From: Tricharina praecox
Lineage: Eukaryota
Direction of reading: 5' to 3'
Assembly (NCBI RefSeq): GCF_024521635.1
Contig: NW_026250422.1
Location: forward strand, 62,001-126,000
DNA length: 64,000 bases
In this document: positions 47,945 through 61,158 of the stretch, piece after piece
Position numbering within the stretch: the stretch's first letter is position 1
Layout of the letters: every line of letters starts with the position of its first letter
Translations under genes and position numbers: made by a program
The notes under the pieces: model-generated
What the model was told of the DNA's origin: nothing
Database searches by the model: none
Seen by the model: only the letters and a program-made list of their open reading frames with translations

Positions 47945-49898
47945 TACCGGCGGCCGGGAGTGGTATATGGAGGGGGAGGGGGGAAGGAGCGGGATCGTCT
48001 TTTGTTTACTTGGATTGTCTATGCGCTCACTGGCTTGCTTGTATAACGGTTGGAGTTTTGTAATGTAATGAATATGGTTAATCAGAGGGTGTTACTGTAC
48101 CCTACTTGGAAATTGTCGCCGTGGTCCGTGGACGGTTCGCCACTCGTGTATCTCCGAAAACATCACGGCCTTGGCCTACCTAATGTGCTTGGTCTTGAAG
48201 TCCCTCATCCAACCGAAAACAAAGACGCGGACCGTTTGACCCTTCGAGACTACTATTGTTGATTCGACGAGGTGTACCAGTCACAATATATCACTCGTGA
48301 AATTGAAAAAATAAAATCCGAGTGTCGTTTGGAGTCTTGGACGTCCCGGAGGGCCGGAATAATCCATTTTCGGCAGAGAGCACCTCTGCTGGCACAGCCT
48401 GGGGGTCCGACGGCTGGCTTTGGTGAAGGTGGTGGTACTAGCACTAGGGCACGCAGACGAAGTTTGAACATCCGTCGAAGCACTGCGAGTTGCCACCGAA
48501 GGCGAGTGGAGCAGCAAGTGCTTCGGCAAGAAGAAGCAGCAGAGACTCACTAGCACGAGCAGGAGCACCCTCCTCGCTGGCTCAAGGTGCAGCGAAGACA
48601 TCCTGAGCTTCCTGCGTAGGGCAAAAAGGGCCGGAATGACAGTTGACCTTCGCCCACATCTCGGCATAGGTACCACTTCGGCGTACTATATCTATTCAGA
48701 TTCATCGTACATGTTCGTAAGCCCAAAAAGACCATTTTGGGTTCCCGTGACCTTCGATATCACGTGTCGCTCAGATATCGCCAGGAACCATGAGCAGATC
48801 GCTCAGCGCGCTAACTGATCCCCGACGCAACCACTCTATCTGCAAGAAATGTCGTGTAGCTATGCTTCAGCTGCGCAACGCATCCGCAGTTTCGCGGAGT
48901 TTACTCAGGCGTTTGCACACGCAGGCAGCCCTTCTCTGTGCCCTCTGTGCTTCTATCGCTCGTCCGCTCGCGACCTCAAGTGCTCGGTGCGGCGAGGGCC
49001 GGTCCGGTCCCGGTCCCGGCCGGGTTCCTGGATTAGCTGCATACGATCATTCTTCAGTTGCGGGCCAGCCGGCGCGAAGGACAAGGTTGCTTGAACTTTG
49101 TAATCGATCTGCTCGCAGAGGTGAAGTGAGGGCTCAGGGAGTCGGAGGGTAGCTGGATAAGTAGTACCTCGTTGTGCAACGGGGTGGGTGGGTGGGTGTG
49201 GCACGTGGATACCTGCATCCTCCGCTGCGTGACTGTGCGCATCTCCTTCTGCACACGCGACGGGATCTCGGAGAATTTCTCTGAAAAGAAAATATTTCCC
49301 GTATACATGAGGTGGGGACGATGGTTGTTCTTAGGTTATGTGAAGGAATGCAGGAACGATATCCATCCGGATGTAAATATGTACGAGTCTCCTGCCTGCT
49401 GTTGCGGGAAGCTTCTATGCCATACAACGAACTCAAGTAGATCCCGGATTCCAAGCAACGCTGGAGAAAGGACTGTCCATGGACCACCCCTGGAACTTCG
49501 GCAGATATTGTCCGTTTGTGGAGACAAAGACTTGTAGGTATCTGAATCTGGATCGGGACATGCCAAGAAACAGGTTGTTATCAGGCTTACCGAGTTCAAC
49601 GGTAGACCGGCCGGTGACGTGCATGCATGATACGATGGGCTCGTCTCCCGTCACTGCAGCTGGCCTTCTGTGGTAACATCCCGTTGGCGTCCTTCCCATC
49701 CAACCGTCTGGCTGCTCTCACTCATCCCTCCTCTTTCATCTTCATCTCCCTGTACTCTTCTCTCTGCTTTCCGCAGCTCGGAGCACTCTCTACAAATACC
49801 TCACCACCTCCCAAGCTCCAGACAGATCAATCTCCACTCCCCCGGCCTGTCAGAGTGTTCTTTGTTCATCCAGCTCTCTTCCCATCCCGTCCGCAACG

Positions 49899-51916
49899 AT
49901 GACACCCCTCCTGAAATTGTTGGTGGCCGTCGTGTGTGTGGCTTCCACGGTCACCGCTCGACAGAGTATGCGGGAGATTCAGATACACAAGCAGCTGGAA
50001 GTACTGGACCGTACAGAAGGATCAAACACGGCTCCCGGAGTAGGGCCGAAGTACAAGGTTTACTGGCAGGAAGCGTCGGTTTGTTGCTCTCTGGGGACTG
50101 GGAAGACAGGGAGACGTCCGTGTGCTGACAGGAGAGAAAGCTCCCGATAGACCACTCCGGAGAGTATCCGGGGAACTTCAGCAATCGGTACTGGGTGATG
50201 GACGGTTTCTATGAGCCTGGTGGTCCGGTGATCAGTAAGTTGGCTTTCTGGGTGCGGAATGAAAAGGGACCGTACTGACAGTGTCAAGGCTTCGACACCG
50301 GTGAATCGGACGGAGGACATCGCTATATTGGATACTTGACAGTGAACGAGACCTTCTTTTACCAGTACCTGAAGGAGTTCAAGGGGATGGGTATAATTTG
50401 GGAGCATCGGTTAGTGTACCGCTGCAGGATTCACCGGCCCTTCCGTTGAGAATTTTAGGTACTACGGCCAGAGTAAACCGTTCCCGGTGAATCTCGACAC
50501 CCCTTCGGAGCAGATGAGATTTCTCACCACCGAGAACGCCCTAAAGGACTTTGTCGTCTTTGCAAATGATTTCAAGTGGAAGAACTTCACCGTTTCCCCG
50601 AAGGTCACGCCGTGGGTGGTTATTGGCGGTAGCTATCCGGGCATGCGTGCTGCTTTTCTTCGACGTGGGTCCCTTCCCAGGGCTACTCATCTTATCTCCA
50701 AGTGCAGACATTGGTATTAATACTTCCACAGATTTATACCCCGAGACCGTTTACGCAGCTTGGGCGTCTTCCGCCCCGGTCCAGGCGCAGGTGGATATGT
50801 CCATCTGTACGACCAGCCTACATCTTTGGGATACCTTACTATGCTGATGATGATATAGACTGGGAGCAAGTATATCGAGGGATGGTTCGTTACAATCTCG
50901 GGAACTGCACGAGGAACGTCAAGCTGGCGGTTGATTACATCGATCGGCAGCTCTCCAAGTCGAGAACCGCCGCAAAGTTGAAACAACAGTACCTGGGGCG
51001 CACGGCAGAGAAAGTAACCAACGGAGGCTTTGCTGATACTTTGCACTATCCATTCTACTGGTGGCAGGCCGAGGGCGTGGGAGAGTACTTACGGTCGTTC
51101 TGCGACCATCTTACCAACGGAGATAGTGAGGTCGGACCGGAATGGGCTAAAGAGGAGGACGGTGAGGGTGCTGGAAAATTATACTCCGATCGATGGGCTT
51201 CATGGCCCGGATACGTGAAGTTGGTGAATACTTACAACCCACTTGGTCACTGTGAAGGCTCTACTCGAGACGAAACAGCCCAGCCTAACTGTCTGCTTGA
51301 TGGGCGCTATAGTGGAGATTTGGGAATCTCCTGGTCATGGCAGTGGGTCATCGCCTCACCACAACTTATGTACAGACATGCGAAGCTGATCGTGGTTAGA
51401 TATTGTTCGGAATGGGGGTACTTCCAATCGACGAACATCGGGCCGCATGCGTTGGGATCCCGGTACAACAACCAGCGGCACCAGCAGGAAATCTGTTACC
51501 GTCAGTTCCCGGACGGTCTCTCGTCGGGTTATCTACCACGGAGGCCGAGGGTAGATAAAATGAACGCACTCACCGACGGTTGGAATATGCGTCCTAGTAA
51601 CGTATTCTGGACGGGTGGAGAGTTCGATCCAGTTTGACTCCTTTTCCCGAAGGATGGCAAGATGGCACGCTGACTATGGGATGCGCAGTGGCTATCGCTA
51701 TCTCCTCTGTCCCAAGAAAAGTGGTCACCAATGTTGGCGGCTACGCCCGAGGCCCCGCGATGCGGCCATACTCCTCCCGAAGGACAAATGTTTGGGCACC
51801 TGTTGGAGAACTCGGAGCATTGCTATGAACTTAGGAGCAGTGTCGAGTCCGCAACGCGGCCGCAGGAGATGTTTCGGGATGCATTGAAGGGGTGGTTGAA
51901 GTGCTTTGGGAAGTAA
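49899..51916 (+). CDS. Secreted serine peptidase, family S28 (prolylcarboxypeptidase-like)
   Basis: Signal peptide MTPLLKLLVAVVCVASTVTA, LPIDH, F.NRYW, WEHRYYG.S, PWVVIGGSYPG (nucleophile), ASSAPV, WQYCSEWGYFQ, GEFDPW and HC. About seven short introns. Confidence 0.92.
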
Positions 51917-52328
51917 TGCGGGTTTATAAGAGTGAGCTGCATGTTTAATCATGGATGTATGAGTTACCGAGCGAGTACCTGTTGTTGTGTCGAGTAGATG
52001 AATGGCGAAAAGAGTACTATTCTGGCTAGGACGCATGACTGGTCCGACTCGGCCTTTAGTGACGTGACACTGTTGCTATGCTATGCTACGCTTCCTTCCT
52101 TCACTCACACTCGACAACTGGGGCATCGGTCAACAACTCGAGCCCTTCATCCCCAGTTCCATCACCACTCGCTGCATACGATAGCTGCTGCTGGCGGCAC
52201 TATCGCCACTTTATGTTCACGATCCTCCTTACATCCCCGTTTCCGATCCCATAATCACCGGGAGAGCGGTATGCTCCCATCGACATCAGACATATCTCCA
52301 ATAAGGACTCACGCGTCCCGAGCAGTTT

Positions 52329-53759
52329 ATGCAGTCACGGACCTACTGGCCCTACCGCAGTAGCGAACCTTTCCAGCTTCCTACCACCATGCCATCCGAG
52401 AAGTCCCTCGAGCGGTCAGTATCCTCGGCCGGCCTCGACGCCCCCAAGCGCGAATCATCCAACACCGCCGTTGCCACTCGTCGTCGCGCAAACACTGGCT
52501 CCCGTACGCCACACATGATGGGACTCGGTGTGCCCACCGAGAAGATCGTTACGAGTGGACGAGCACTGGAGCGGAGGGAGTCCTCGCAATGTCTAGGACT
52601 CGTAGTGCCACAGGGAATACCACTGTCACCAGCTAGCAATCTCGAATCGGGTGCGGTTTCTCCTGCGATCCTGCTCACGCCGGCCAGTAGTGGTGATGAT
52701 GAAGGGAGTACGGAGTCCTCCGTGGTCAGCGATAACAGCAACCTGTCCGTGCTGCGGGAGGACCTGCCTACACCGCCGCTCGCAACGCTGCTCACGGACA
52801 GCGAAGATGATGTATCCGGGTCGGCAATGGAGGATGGAGAAGCGGAGTACACATCGATCCTGATTCCGCCTTCCAGCTTCATCGGCACCCGTAGCCGCCG
52901 CGGTACCATGTCGTCTCAGAAATCCGTCAACTTCGATCCCGCGCCAGCCGAGGTGCCACCCGTCTCCTCCTCCATCCGTGTCAAGACCGTCGAGTTCTCG
53001 GACCCAGATCCGACTTTTCACCGGGCAGTAGGCTCGCCAAATACACCTACGGACGAGGCGCACGTCGAGCAGGTCGGTGCGTTTCGGGTGACGAACTTAC
53101 GGAACGACTCGCTCGGGAACCTACCGAAGATCGTTTCCACCACTCCATCCTCCGAGGAGGCGACGCCGATCGAGCCGGTAGAGGGCGTGGGAATGAAATT
53201 CCAGAGCGATGGGGGCGCGGATTCGGAGTCACAGAGGAAGCCAACGCCGCCGCCGAAGCCTGCAAAGGTTACCCCGAGAAAAGTGTCGGCTGGTTCCGCG
53301 GGCTCGAGCTTGCGCGGAAATCCTCTCATGAAAAACCTCATCACTCGCCCGCCGGCCGCAATAGTCCGCGGAGGAGATGATGTCAACACTTGGGGCCACG
53401 GGAATTCGTTCCCCTCCGTCGGCACGGCTACCACCGCCGTGAGCAATACCCACGCCCACCAGGAGGACTCGGTTATCTGCAGTACGTGCAGGCTGGACGC
53501 GGCACTGGTCGATATCGGCCCCTTGGTTCTTGAAGACACAGCGCCGGTTGAGGAGGGTGAGAGTGGAAGTATGAGGATAAAGGGCAGCCTCGCTGCAAGC
53601 ATCCAGAGTGTTCACGATATTCTGTGGAAGGATGATAGCGCGAAGTCTACGCCGCAAGGGAGTAGGCGGAGTAGTGCGTGGGCTATAGGACAGGGGAGCT
53701 TGGGTATAGGGATTGATCCCTTGAGTGGCGGTGTGGAGGGGAAGGGTGATGGTTTATGA
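52329..53759 (+). CDS. Ser/Thr/Pro-rich hypothetical protein (start 52329 or 52389)
   Basis: Uninterrupted 476-codon ORF with coding-like composition; no recognisable domain. Confidence 0.7.
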   Translation: MQSRTYWPYRSSEPFQLPTTMPSEKSLERSVSSAGLDAPKRESSNTAVATRRRANTGSRTPHMMGLGVPTEKIVTSGRALERRESSQCLGLVVPQGIPLSPASNLESGAVSPAILLTPASSGDDEGSTESSVVSDNSNLSVLREDLPTPPLATLLTDSEDDVSGSAMEDGEAEYTSILIPPSSFIGTRSRRGTMSSQKSVNFDPAPAEVPPVSSSIRVKTVEFSDPDPTFHRAVGSPNTPTDEAHVEQVGAFRVTNLRNDSLGNLPKIVSTTPSSEEATPIEPVEGVGMKFQSDGGADSESQRKPTPPPKPAKVTPRKVSAGSAGSSLRGNPLMKNLITRPPAAIVRGGDDVNTWGHGNSFPSVGTATTAVSNTHAHQEDSVICSTCRLDAALVDIGPLVLEDTAPVEEGESGSMRIKGSLAASIQSVHDILWKDDSAKSTPQGSRRSSAWAIGQGSLGIGIDPLSGGVEGKGDGL

Positions 53760-54398
53760 TGGATGGTGGTGTGCTTGTTCGAGTATGCGGAGGAGCGGGC
53801 GTTATCGTGCTTTTGGGAGGAGTGGGTGGTATCGTGCTTTTGACTGTACCAGTGGGTAGAATCGAGTCAGTGGTGTTGAATTATTACTATGATACTACAT
53901 ATCCCCGAATCTCACGGATGCAGCTAAAAGGATCTCCAACCCGCACCGGGCTGACAGCTGACTGGAGATCTGTGATTGCAAGGGCTGTGCAACCCTAACC
54001 CAACACCGACCTCACACGGTCTCCAGCCCGCCTTTCCGTGTAGTTGGGTAGTTCAGGGCCGAATTTCGTCCGTAGTATGTAATTGTTCGCTTGAGATAAA
54101 GTAACGTACCGTAGCTGTCACGCTCCGCATGTGCATGGAATCTCCATCCGATTTCTTCCCGGCAGGCCGCATGCAATCGCCGCCAACGCACGGAAACATC
54201 CAGGCCCCGGTCAAGCCTGTCAGTGGCGGCGAGAGCTATCATAGTAGATGCGCTGGTCCAATCGGAACGGCGCTCGCTTCACACTCGAGAACACTCACGG
54301 CTGCATATAAACCCCACCAGCGCGCCCAACATCAGAGGACAGCTGGATAGTAGCTACCCCTCCCCTCCCGACCTTAAGCTCCCGACATCTCCACCACC

Positions 54399-55073
54399 AT
54401 GTCCGCCACCCTCGGCCAACAACTACTAACGTACTTCGCCGGGCCGACCCTAGCCACCCTCACCTCGCACGCGAGCGAGATCCCCAAAGCGCTTGACGCC
54501 TTGCAGCACACAACACACTCAGCGGAGCAGACGGCGGCGCAGATCCGCGAGGTCCTCTCGAATCCTGGCGGCGGGCTCAGCGGGCAGCCCACCATCCCGC
54601 GCGGGGAGTTTACGCGCAAGCTCGCGGGTTTCTATGCCAGGGTCTTTCCTGGACATCATGTGCTGGTTGTTTATGATAGGTCGGCCAGGCTGGTGAGCTT
54701 GAAGGGGGTCCTGGGGGGGAATGGGAGGTATGTTGCTGGGCCCACGGAGATGTACACGTGCCATAAGAAGGTTCATCGGGGGAGGGGTAGGTTGGGGTTG
54801 TGGGGGTTTCATGTGAGTACGGTTCGCGGTGGTGGTGGTGCTGGTCGTGCTGGTAGTCGTGGCTGATGGGCGGCAGTGCTGGGTGTTTAAAGAGGGAGAG
54901 TTTGAGCTGTTGGGCGACGGAGGGTACGTTGTGGCCTCCTTCCCTCCCTTCCTTACTGTCCCGCATGCTACATACCGAGCTAATGGACGTGTGATAGCTT
55001 CGTCAACTGGTGCTTCGAGAGCCCGAGTTATACGCGAGACGGGAAGTCGGTGTCGTTTCATAAGCTCGAGTGA
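54399..55073 (+). CDS. Small protein (~178 aa) with C-terminal G.F...GDGG..NW motif
   Basis: Exons 54399-54812, 54877-54923 and 54998-55073 (introns GTGAGT..GCTGAT..CAG and GTACGT..GCTAAT..TAG). Spliced C-terminus is FHCWVFKEGEFELLGDGGFVNWCFESPSYTRDGKSVSFHKLE. Confidence 0.8.
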
Positions 55074-56506
55074 TTAAGGAAATCTACGGACGTGCGGATG
55101 GTCTGCTGGGTCGTGGGGATATATGGGTTGGGTTGGCTGGCTTCCTTTTTTTCTTTTGCGAATTGCGGATTGCGTTTCTTTGGTGTTTGCAGAGTGGGTA
55201 GAATACAATGCATATGGGATTTATCATTTCGACTCGGTTCCGGGCGGCGTTTTTCGTTCATCAGGATTCAGTGCTTGGCTGCTGTGATGAGAGGCGAGGC
55301 TAGAATGGGCTTCGGCAGTACATACGCCCAGACTTCAGACGAGGGGGATATCGGAAAACGACATAACGCTGCTGTAAATAGCCGTGCTGCGCTGAAACAT
55401 CAACCTTTTCTGTCTCCCGATCCTGCGTGGTGTTAAAGTCGAAGTCGCAATCTCGTGGGACTACAACCTCCCTGACATACCCGCATTCAAGCTGGGTACC
55501 GCTTGGTCGCTCGTCTATCGCCGCTCGACCACGCCGTGAATGTACACTGCAATGCTAAATTCCGCTTGATGCCCGCTTCGGCTATTCTATAAGCGCAGGA
55601 ATTGATTCACTGGCTGGAACGGTACGTTAGTCATGCTGAATAGGTACTTAACCAACGGTTGAGTTGTGACCGAATAACCGAGTGACTGAGTGACCGACAC
55701 AAGCACGGCACAGTGAACCCATGGTTGCTCTCATGCTTTTCGGTCATGATACCGCTCTCTCCCTCTAGCCCTCTAGCCTTCGTAGTGTCCCTCTCAATCA
55801 CCTCATTCTCTGGGTGGACCTTGCGATCACCGTTGCCCCCTCGCGAAGTATCGGTTTCCGAAGTCCAAGGCCCCGTTTCCAAGCCTCCTCGCAGCTCGGA
55901 ATCTTATGCAATTCAATCCAGCCACGAAGAATATCCCCCCACTGCCACACCATTTCCCACGCTTTCCCACGCCTTCGCCTTCTCCGCAATAAGACAAAAC
56001 AAGTCGACAACGAATTTTGTCGAGTGCGTCGAGTGCGTCGAGTGCGTCATTATGAAGCAAAGCCCATCCGTGCATGTTATCTGTGGCGCAGTCGCTAAGC
56101 TCATTCGCCATGGATCTAATCTCTTATCTGATTGTTGTTTTGGGTAATCATCGTTGCATTCGACCTTGAGTGAATCATGGTAGTGTGACAACCAATTCAT
56201 CTCCACTGTGATACCGCGAGCGGCCGGCCCGTTGCAGGCCCCCTAATGACCTCCACCCTCTAATCCAATTACTTGGTAACCTCGCGCACAGATTTCCGGC
56301 ATCGCAAGTGGTTTCGATGCATTGGATTCGCATGCACAAGACACATCAATTCTCTAGTATCAATAGTCAATGTTCGGAGTCCATACGCCACGTGAAACGA
56401 CTTCATTCATAAAATATACAATCATTATCATCAACCCTTCATGACCAACGCAACGCAAACCCAAGCCCTTAAAAACCAGCCCTTAATCCCGCAAAAAGCC
56501 CAGGCG

Positions 56507-58152
56507 CTACAACCTCGGCTGAGCCTTTTTCATCGCCTCCTCCAGGGCGCCCACATTCTCCTCACACTTCTTCCTGATGGCCTCACCGAGGCCCTTATCA
56601 ACCTTTCCAAACATCTCATAGACCCTCTCCCTAACATCCTTCCTCGCACCACACGCATGACCGGCCACGTTCGAGACAAAGTTCTTCTGCTGATTCTCGT
56701 ATCTTCCGAGGACGTTCCAGAGGGCGGTAGCCTGCTCGTAGTCCTCCGGGAAGACGCGGAAAGCGAAGTTGGTAGCTGTGCCGACCCACTTCTCGTGGGC
56801 GTCGTGCGATGTGCACGTGGTCTTGTAGGTCACGGGGCGGAACGACGACTGGTAGTTTGGGTTTGCGCCGTAGTTGCCGTTTACTTGCATTGCGCCGTCG
56901 CGCTGGAACGGGTTAAAGGCGCGCAGGGGGCAGTTGGCCGGGATTTGCTGGTAGTTCACGCCGAGACGGTGGCGGTGCGTGTCGGGGTATGAGAAGAGGC
57001 GGCTTTGGAGCACGGGGTCGGCGGAGGGCTCGACGCCAGGGACTAGGTGCGAAGGGGAGAAGGCCGCTTGCTCGATCTCTGCGAAGTAGTTTTGCGGGTT
57101 CTCGTTGAGCGTCATTTTGCCGAAGCGGCGGAGGGGGAATTCTTTTTGTGGCCAGGTTTTGGTCAGATCGAACACGCTGTATTTGAATTTCTCAGCCTGT
57201 TCTGGCGTCATCACTTGGACGTACACGGTCCATGACGGGAATTCTTTCTTCTCGATGGAGTTGAAGAGATCTTCCGTTGCGTGGTCGGGGTTCGAAGAGG
57301 CGAGCGCCCCGGCTTCTTCGTTGGTCAACGTCTTCGAACCTTGATCCGTCTTGAGGTGGATCTGGACGTAGCGGAAGGATCCGTCTGGCTTCGTGAATTT
57401 GTAGGTGTGACCGGAGTATCCGTTCATGTGGCGGAACGAGAACGGCGTGCCACGGTCCGAGAAGAGGTGCATCAGCTGGTGAACACTCTCCTGATTCTGC
57501 GTAAGGTAATCCCAGAACCTGTCCATTGTTAGCCCCCTGCCTCAATTCACTCACTCCCCTCACATCCTATGTCAACTCACATAGTGGCATCTTTCAGATT
57601 AGTCTGCGGGTTCCTCTTCTGCGTGTGAATGAATACCGGGAACTTTGACGGGTCCCTCAAGAAAAAGATGGGCGTGTTATTGAACACCCAATCGTAGTTC
57701 CCCTCCTCGGTATAAAACTTGACGGCGAATCCTCTCGGATCTCTTGCCGAGTCAGGCGATCCCTTTTCTCCGCCGACGGTGGAGAACCGCGCGAGACACC
57801 GTGTCTTTTTGCCGATGCCGTTGAACATGTCCGCCGATGTGAGGTCGCTGATGTCATCGGTAACCTCGAACTCGCCAAAAGCGCCGGCGCCCTTCGCGTG
57901 AACGACGCTATAGTATTGACATCATCGTTAGTTCAACAACACAGGTACCTGCTACTCTACTCTCCCGAGAACGCTGGAGACAAACCGCTCCGGTATCCTC
58001 TCGCGATCGAAATGTGCCAGCAAGTCGATAAGGTGGAAGTCCTGCAGCAGCAGCGGGCCGTTCTCGCCGACGCGCTGCGACGCCTGCGGGTTCATTACTG
58101 GACACCCATTGCTGGCGGTGTAGACGGGGGAGTCGGAGTATTCCTTGACCAT
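56507..58152 (-). CDS. Monofunctional small-subunit heme catalase, probably peroxisomal (C-terminal PRL, PTS1-like)
   Basis: [15 protein letters not shown] across intron 57985-57908, [25 protein letters not shown] and [14 protein letters not shown] (heme ligand). Second intron 57580-57519. Confidence 0.96.
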
Positions 58153-59444
58153 TGTTGCTATGCTGTGTGATGATTGTGCGTGTGTTCGGTGGAAGTAAGA
58201 GGCGTATGGGGAAACAAGGAGGAATAGCTAGGAGACAGAGCAAAGAAGAAGAGCAAGGAGGAGGACGTGCCAGGGAATGGACAGGCTAGGGAATGGACAG
58301 GCTATATACCCCCCCTCGACCCCCCCTCCAGAGGTGGCGGGTCACCCGCTGGTAGCCGGGCCCCATCTGGCATCGATTGTACGTCTCGCTTTCATAACCC
58401 GCGCGGTCTGGCCACGGGGCGCTCGAGAGGACGTGCAGAAATGCGAGTACCTACATCACCAACCGCCTCCCCAATCGATGCAACGGTACTCTAAGCAGGC
58501 TGATAGCGGTACCGATCAGTCGTTCATATATCCACCTACCGGTATGCGGAGCTCTCACCTCACCTCAGCTCGCGCTCGCGCTGGTCTTTCCGCAGCCGAG
58601 ACGAGCAATGATTAACTATCGACTAGCGTAGTGTGGGGCACCCGCCACTTCCGCTTTGAGCCTGGAGCTTCTTTCTCCACGCTGTGGTGTCGCACGTGCA
58701 CGTGGGATGAACACAACGTTGAATTCCGTTTCCGTCTCGAATCGTCATGGATTTAGAGATGGAGCTTCGAGCATGTGTCCCAGTTCACGGTCCCCCGAAT
58801 CTGGAGTGGGACGGCGGCAACAAGACTGATTCTTGCTACTCGATTGTTATCAACCCCCCCGTCGGTCGGCCATTCGGCGCTCGGCAGCGGCCGAACAATT
58901 CGCGGGGATAACGGCTATTTTCTCGCCAACGAATGGATGTAGCGAAGCTACTAGCAGTTACCACGGTCTCGACTCTCCAAGCACGATGGTTCTCGCCTTT
59001 TTCTTTTGGAGGCGCTTCTGTCATCACGACAGTGTGTACAGTGTACACAGAGAGATGGAGATCGAGAGCTGCAGCGACTCATAAGTATTACCACACAGAC
59101 ACCTCGGCTTGAACGCAAACATCAACACCACCAGTATCATACCACAGCAGTTGTCAGAAGACTCCGATCATGCCACGCAACAAAAACAAGAAACAGACAG
59201 ACAGAAAAACGGAGGCTATTAAACATCGAATGGAAAGACACAACACAAAGTAAAAAGACTCGGAAATAATACTGCCGACATGCCACACGCACAAGACCTC
59301 GTAGAAAGTAAGGTAGAGTGGAGTGTGCATATGCTGCCAGGATTCCCCGCCCTTCCGATGGTCCCCCGAGCTCCCCCCACAGCGGCACCCGCCCACCTAT
59401 CTACCCGTTGATTGAGAGAGATGATCGTCGGGGTATCTATCTGT

Positions 59445-60585
59445 CTACTGGGTGTCTTGGACTGTTTTCTGCACGTCGGGGTTGTGTCAGCAAGCACCGA
59501 TCTAGACTTGAAATGCGTGAATGGGGTGCAGTGAATTAGCTAGCACTCGGCGCATGCTGTGAACATCGCATAGCCAGAGGCGACACAGCGTGTCCGGCCA
59601 CGACGCGCAGAAGCAAGGCAACCACAGAACGCGACAAGTAAAGTAAGTGTGACGAGGAATGCGGATGTGCGTACCACTAGCCAATCCATACCATCCGTGA
59701 CCCCTACACGCACACGGCCGCGTCAGCGCTCTCCCCCCATGGTCGTCGACCGGAGGTACAAAACTCACCCTCCCCCGTAACAGCCGAGCACCCAAAGATG
59801 CTCCAACTCCTCTCCTTGAGACTGGGCAACCTCAGCGCCTCCGAGATCTCCGCCGCGCCCAGCACACCGGGCTGATCCTGCTTGTTCGCGAACACCAGCA
59901 GCGCAGCTTCCTGCAGCTCCTCCTCGCTCAGCATCGCAGATAGCTCCTCGGCGGCCGTCTCGAGGCGGGCGTGGTCCGTCGCGTCAACTACGAATACTAC
60001 CGCTACCGTGTGCGCGTAGTAGCAGCGCCAGTACGGTCGGATCGAGGTTTGGCCACCTGTAGCGTGCTGGGTCAGCTCGCTGCCGTGAGGGGGAGCGGAA
60101 GTACGGGGAAGTGCGAACCCAGATCCTGTGTACGCGAGATGTTAGCTGCTGCGGGGTGGGGAACGCGGCGCGGTTGGAGGACTGCATACCCAGACGTTGA
60201 AGTTGAGGTTCTTGTATGTGACGCTTTCCACGTTGAAGCCGATGGTCGGTACCGTCGTTACGACCTCTCCCATCTACCCAAAGTCTCAGTAAATCATGTC
60301 ATCTGCTAGCCGTGTTCGCCCACGGGTATCCGACGACGGCGCGGAGGCGACACGGTTGCAGGTAGAGAGCTTCCTGGGTGACCGGTTCGGCCATACCTTC
60401 AGTCGGTAGAGTAGTGTCGTCTTTCCGGCGTTATCCTGTAGAACAACCAATATTATCAGAACGTGGTCCAACAAGAAAGAATCTAAGAGGGGAGGAGGGT
60501 GGAGAGGACATACAAGACCCAGGATCAAGATGCGGACCTCCTTCTTCGACCATAGCCGCGAGAACATGCTCTGAAAAGCGCCCAT
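59445..60585 (-). CDS. ARL1: ADP-ribosylation factor-like GTPase Arl1
   Basis: MG myristoylation start, [38 protein letters not shown] and CSA. Seven exons, including a 7-nt exon (60119-60125) and a last exon KTVQDTQ* (59468-59445). Confidence 0.95.
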
Positions 60586-61158
60586 TTCGGATGCGATCTA
60601 TGTGGGTGTACGTGAATGTGTGTGGGCGGTTGGCGGTCGAGCGAGAGCAAAGAGAGAGAGCTTCTGTACAGGCGTGGAGTTGGGTTTTGGGTGGTTCATG
60701 GGACACCGAGGGGAGGAATGACGCTTCCTCCTTTTTCGGTGATTGGCGTTTAGTCATCAGATCGCCTGTGAGACAAAGCTGTCGCGCGGAGAGAGCTATT
60801 GACACTAGAGTAGAGTTCTACTAGGGAGCAGCCATAGAGCCTCAACACGAAAACGACCCACGGGAAACACGTCCAAGCTCTTGACCCCACGATCCACACC
60901 AACCCATCCACTATTTCTACTTTGCTTCTCCACTCCACATCTCTACGCAACATCTCGCAACATAAGTAACTGACACCAATTCCCATAATAACGTTACATC
61001 CCACGACCACGACGTGAGCGAGCTACGAGAAGCGAATACCCCAGCCGCGACTTCAATCCCATTCTCATCGCACTAGACTCAAACTGCTCTGAACATCAGC
61101 ACATCCATTCAGATCGCCTAGCACCCTTTCACTCGTCATCACAACCGCGACAGTAGCT

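Noticed and set aside
48250..49700. Several short ORFs between the Hsp70-like and S28 genes
   Set aside because: No recognisable motif or consistent splice model; cannot support a gene or pseudogene call.
53990..54002. AACCCTAACCC telomere-like sequence
   Set aside because: Fewer than two full units; expected by chance.
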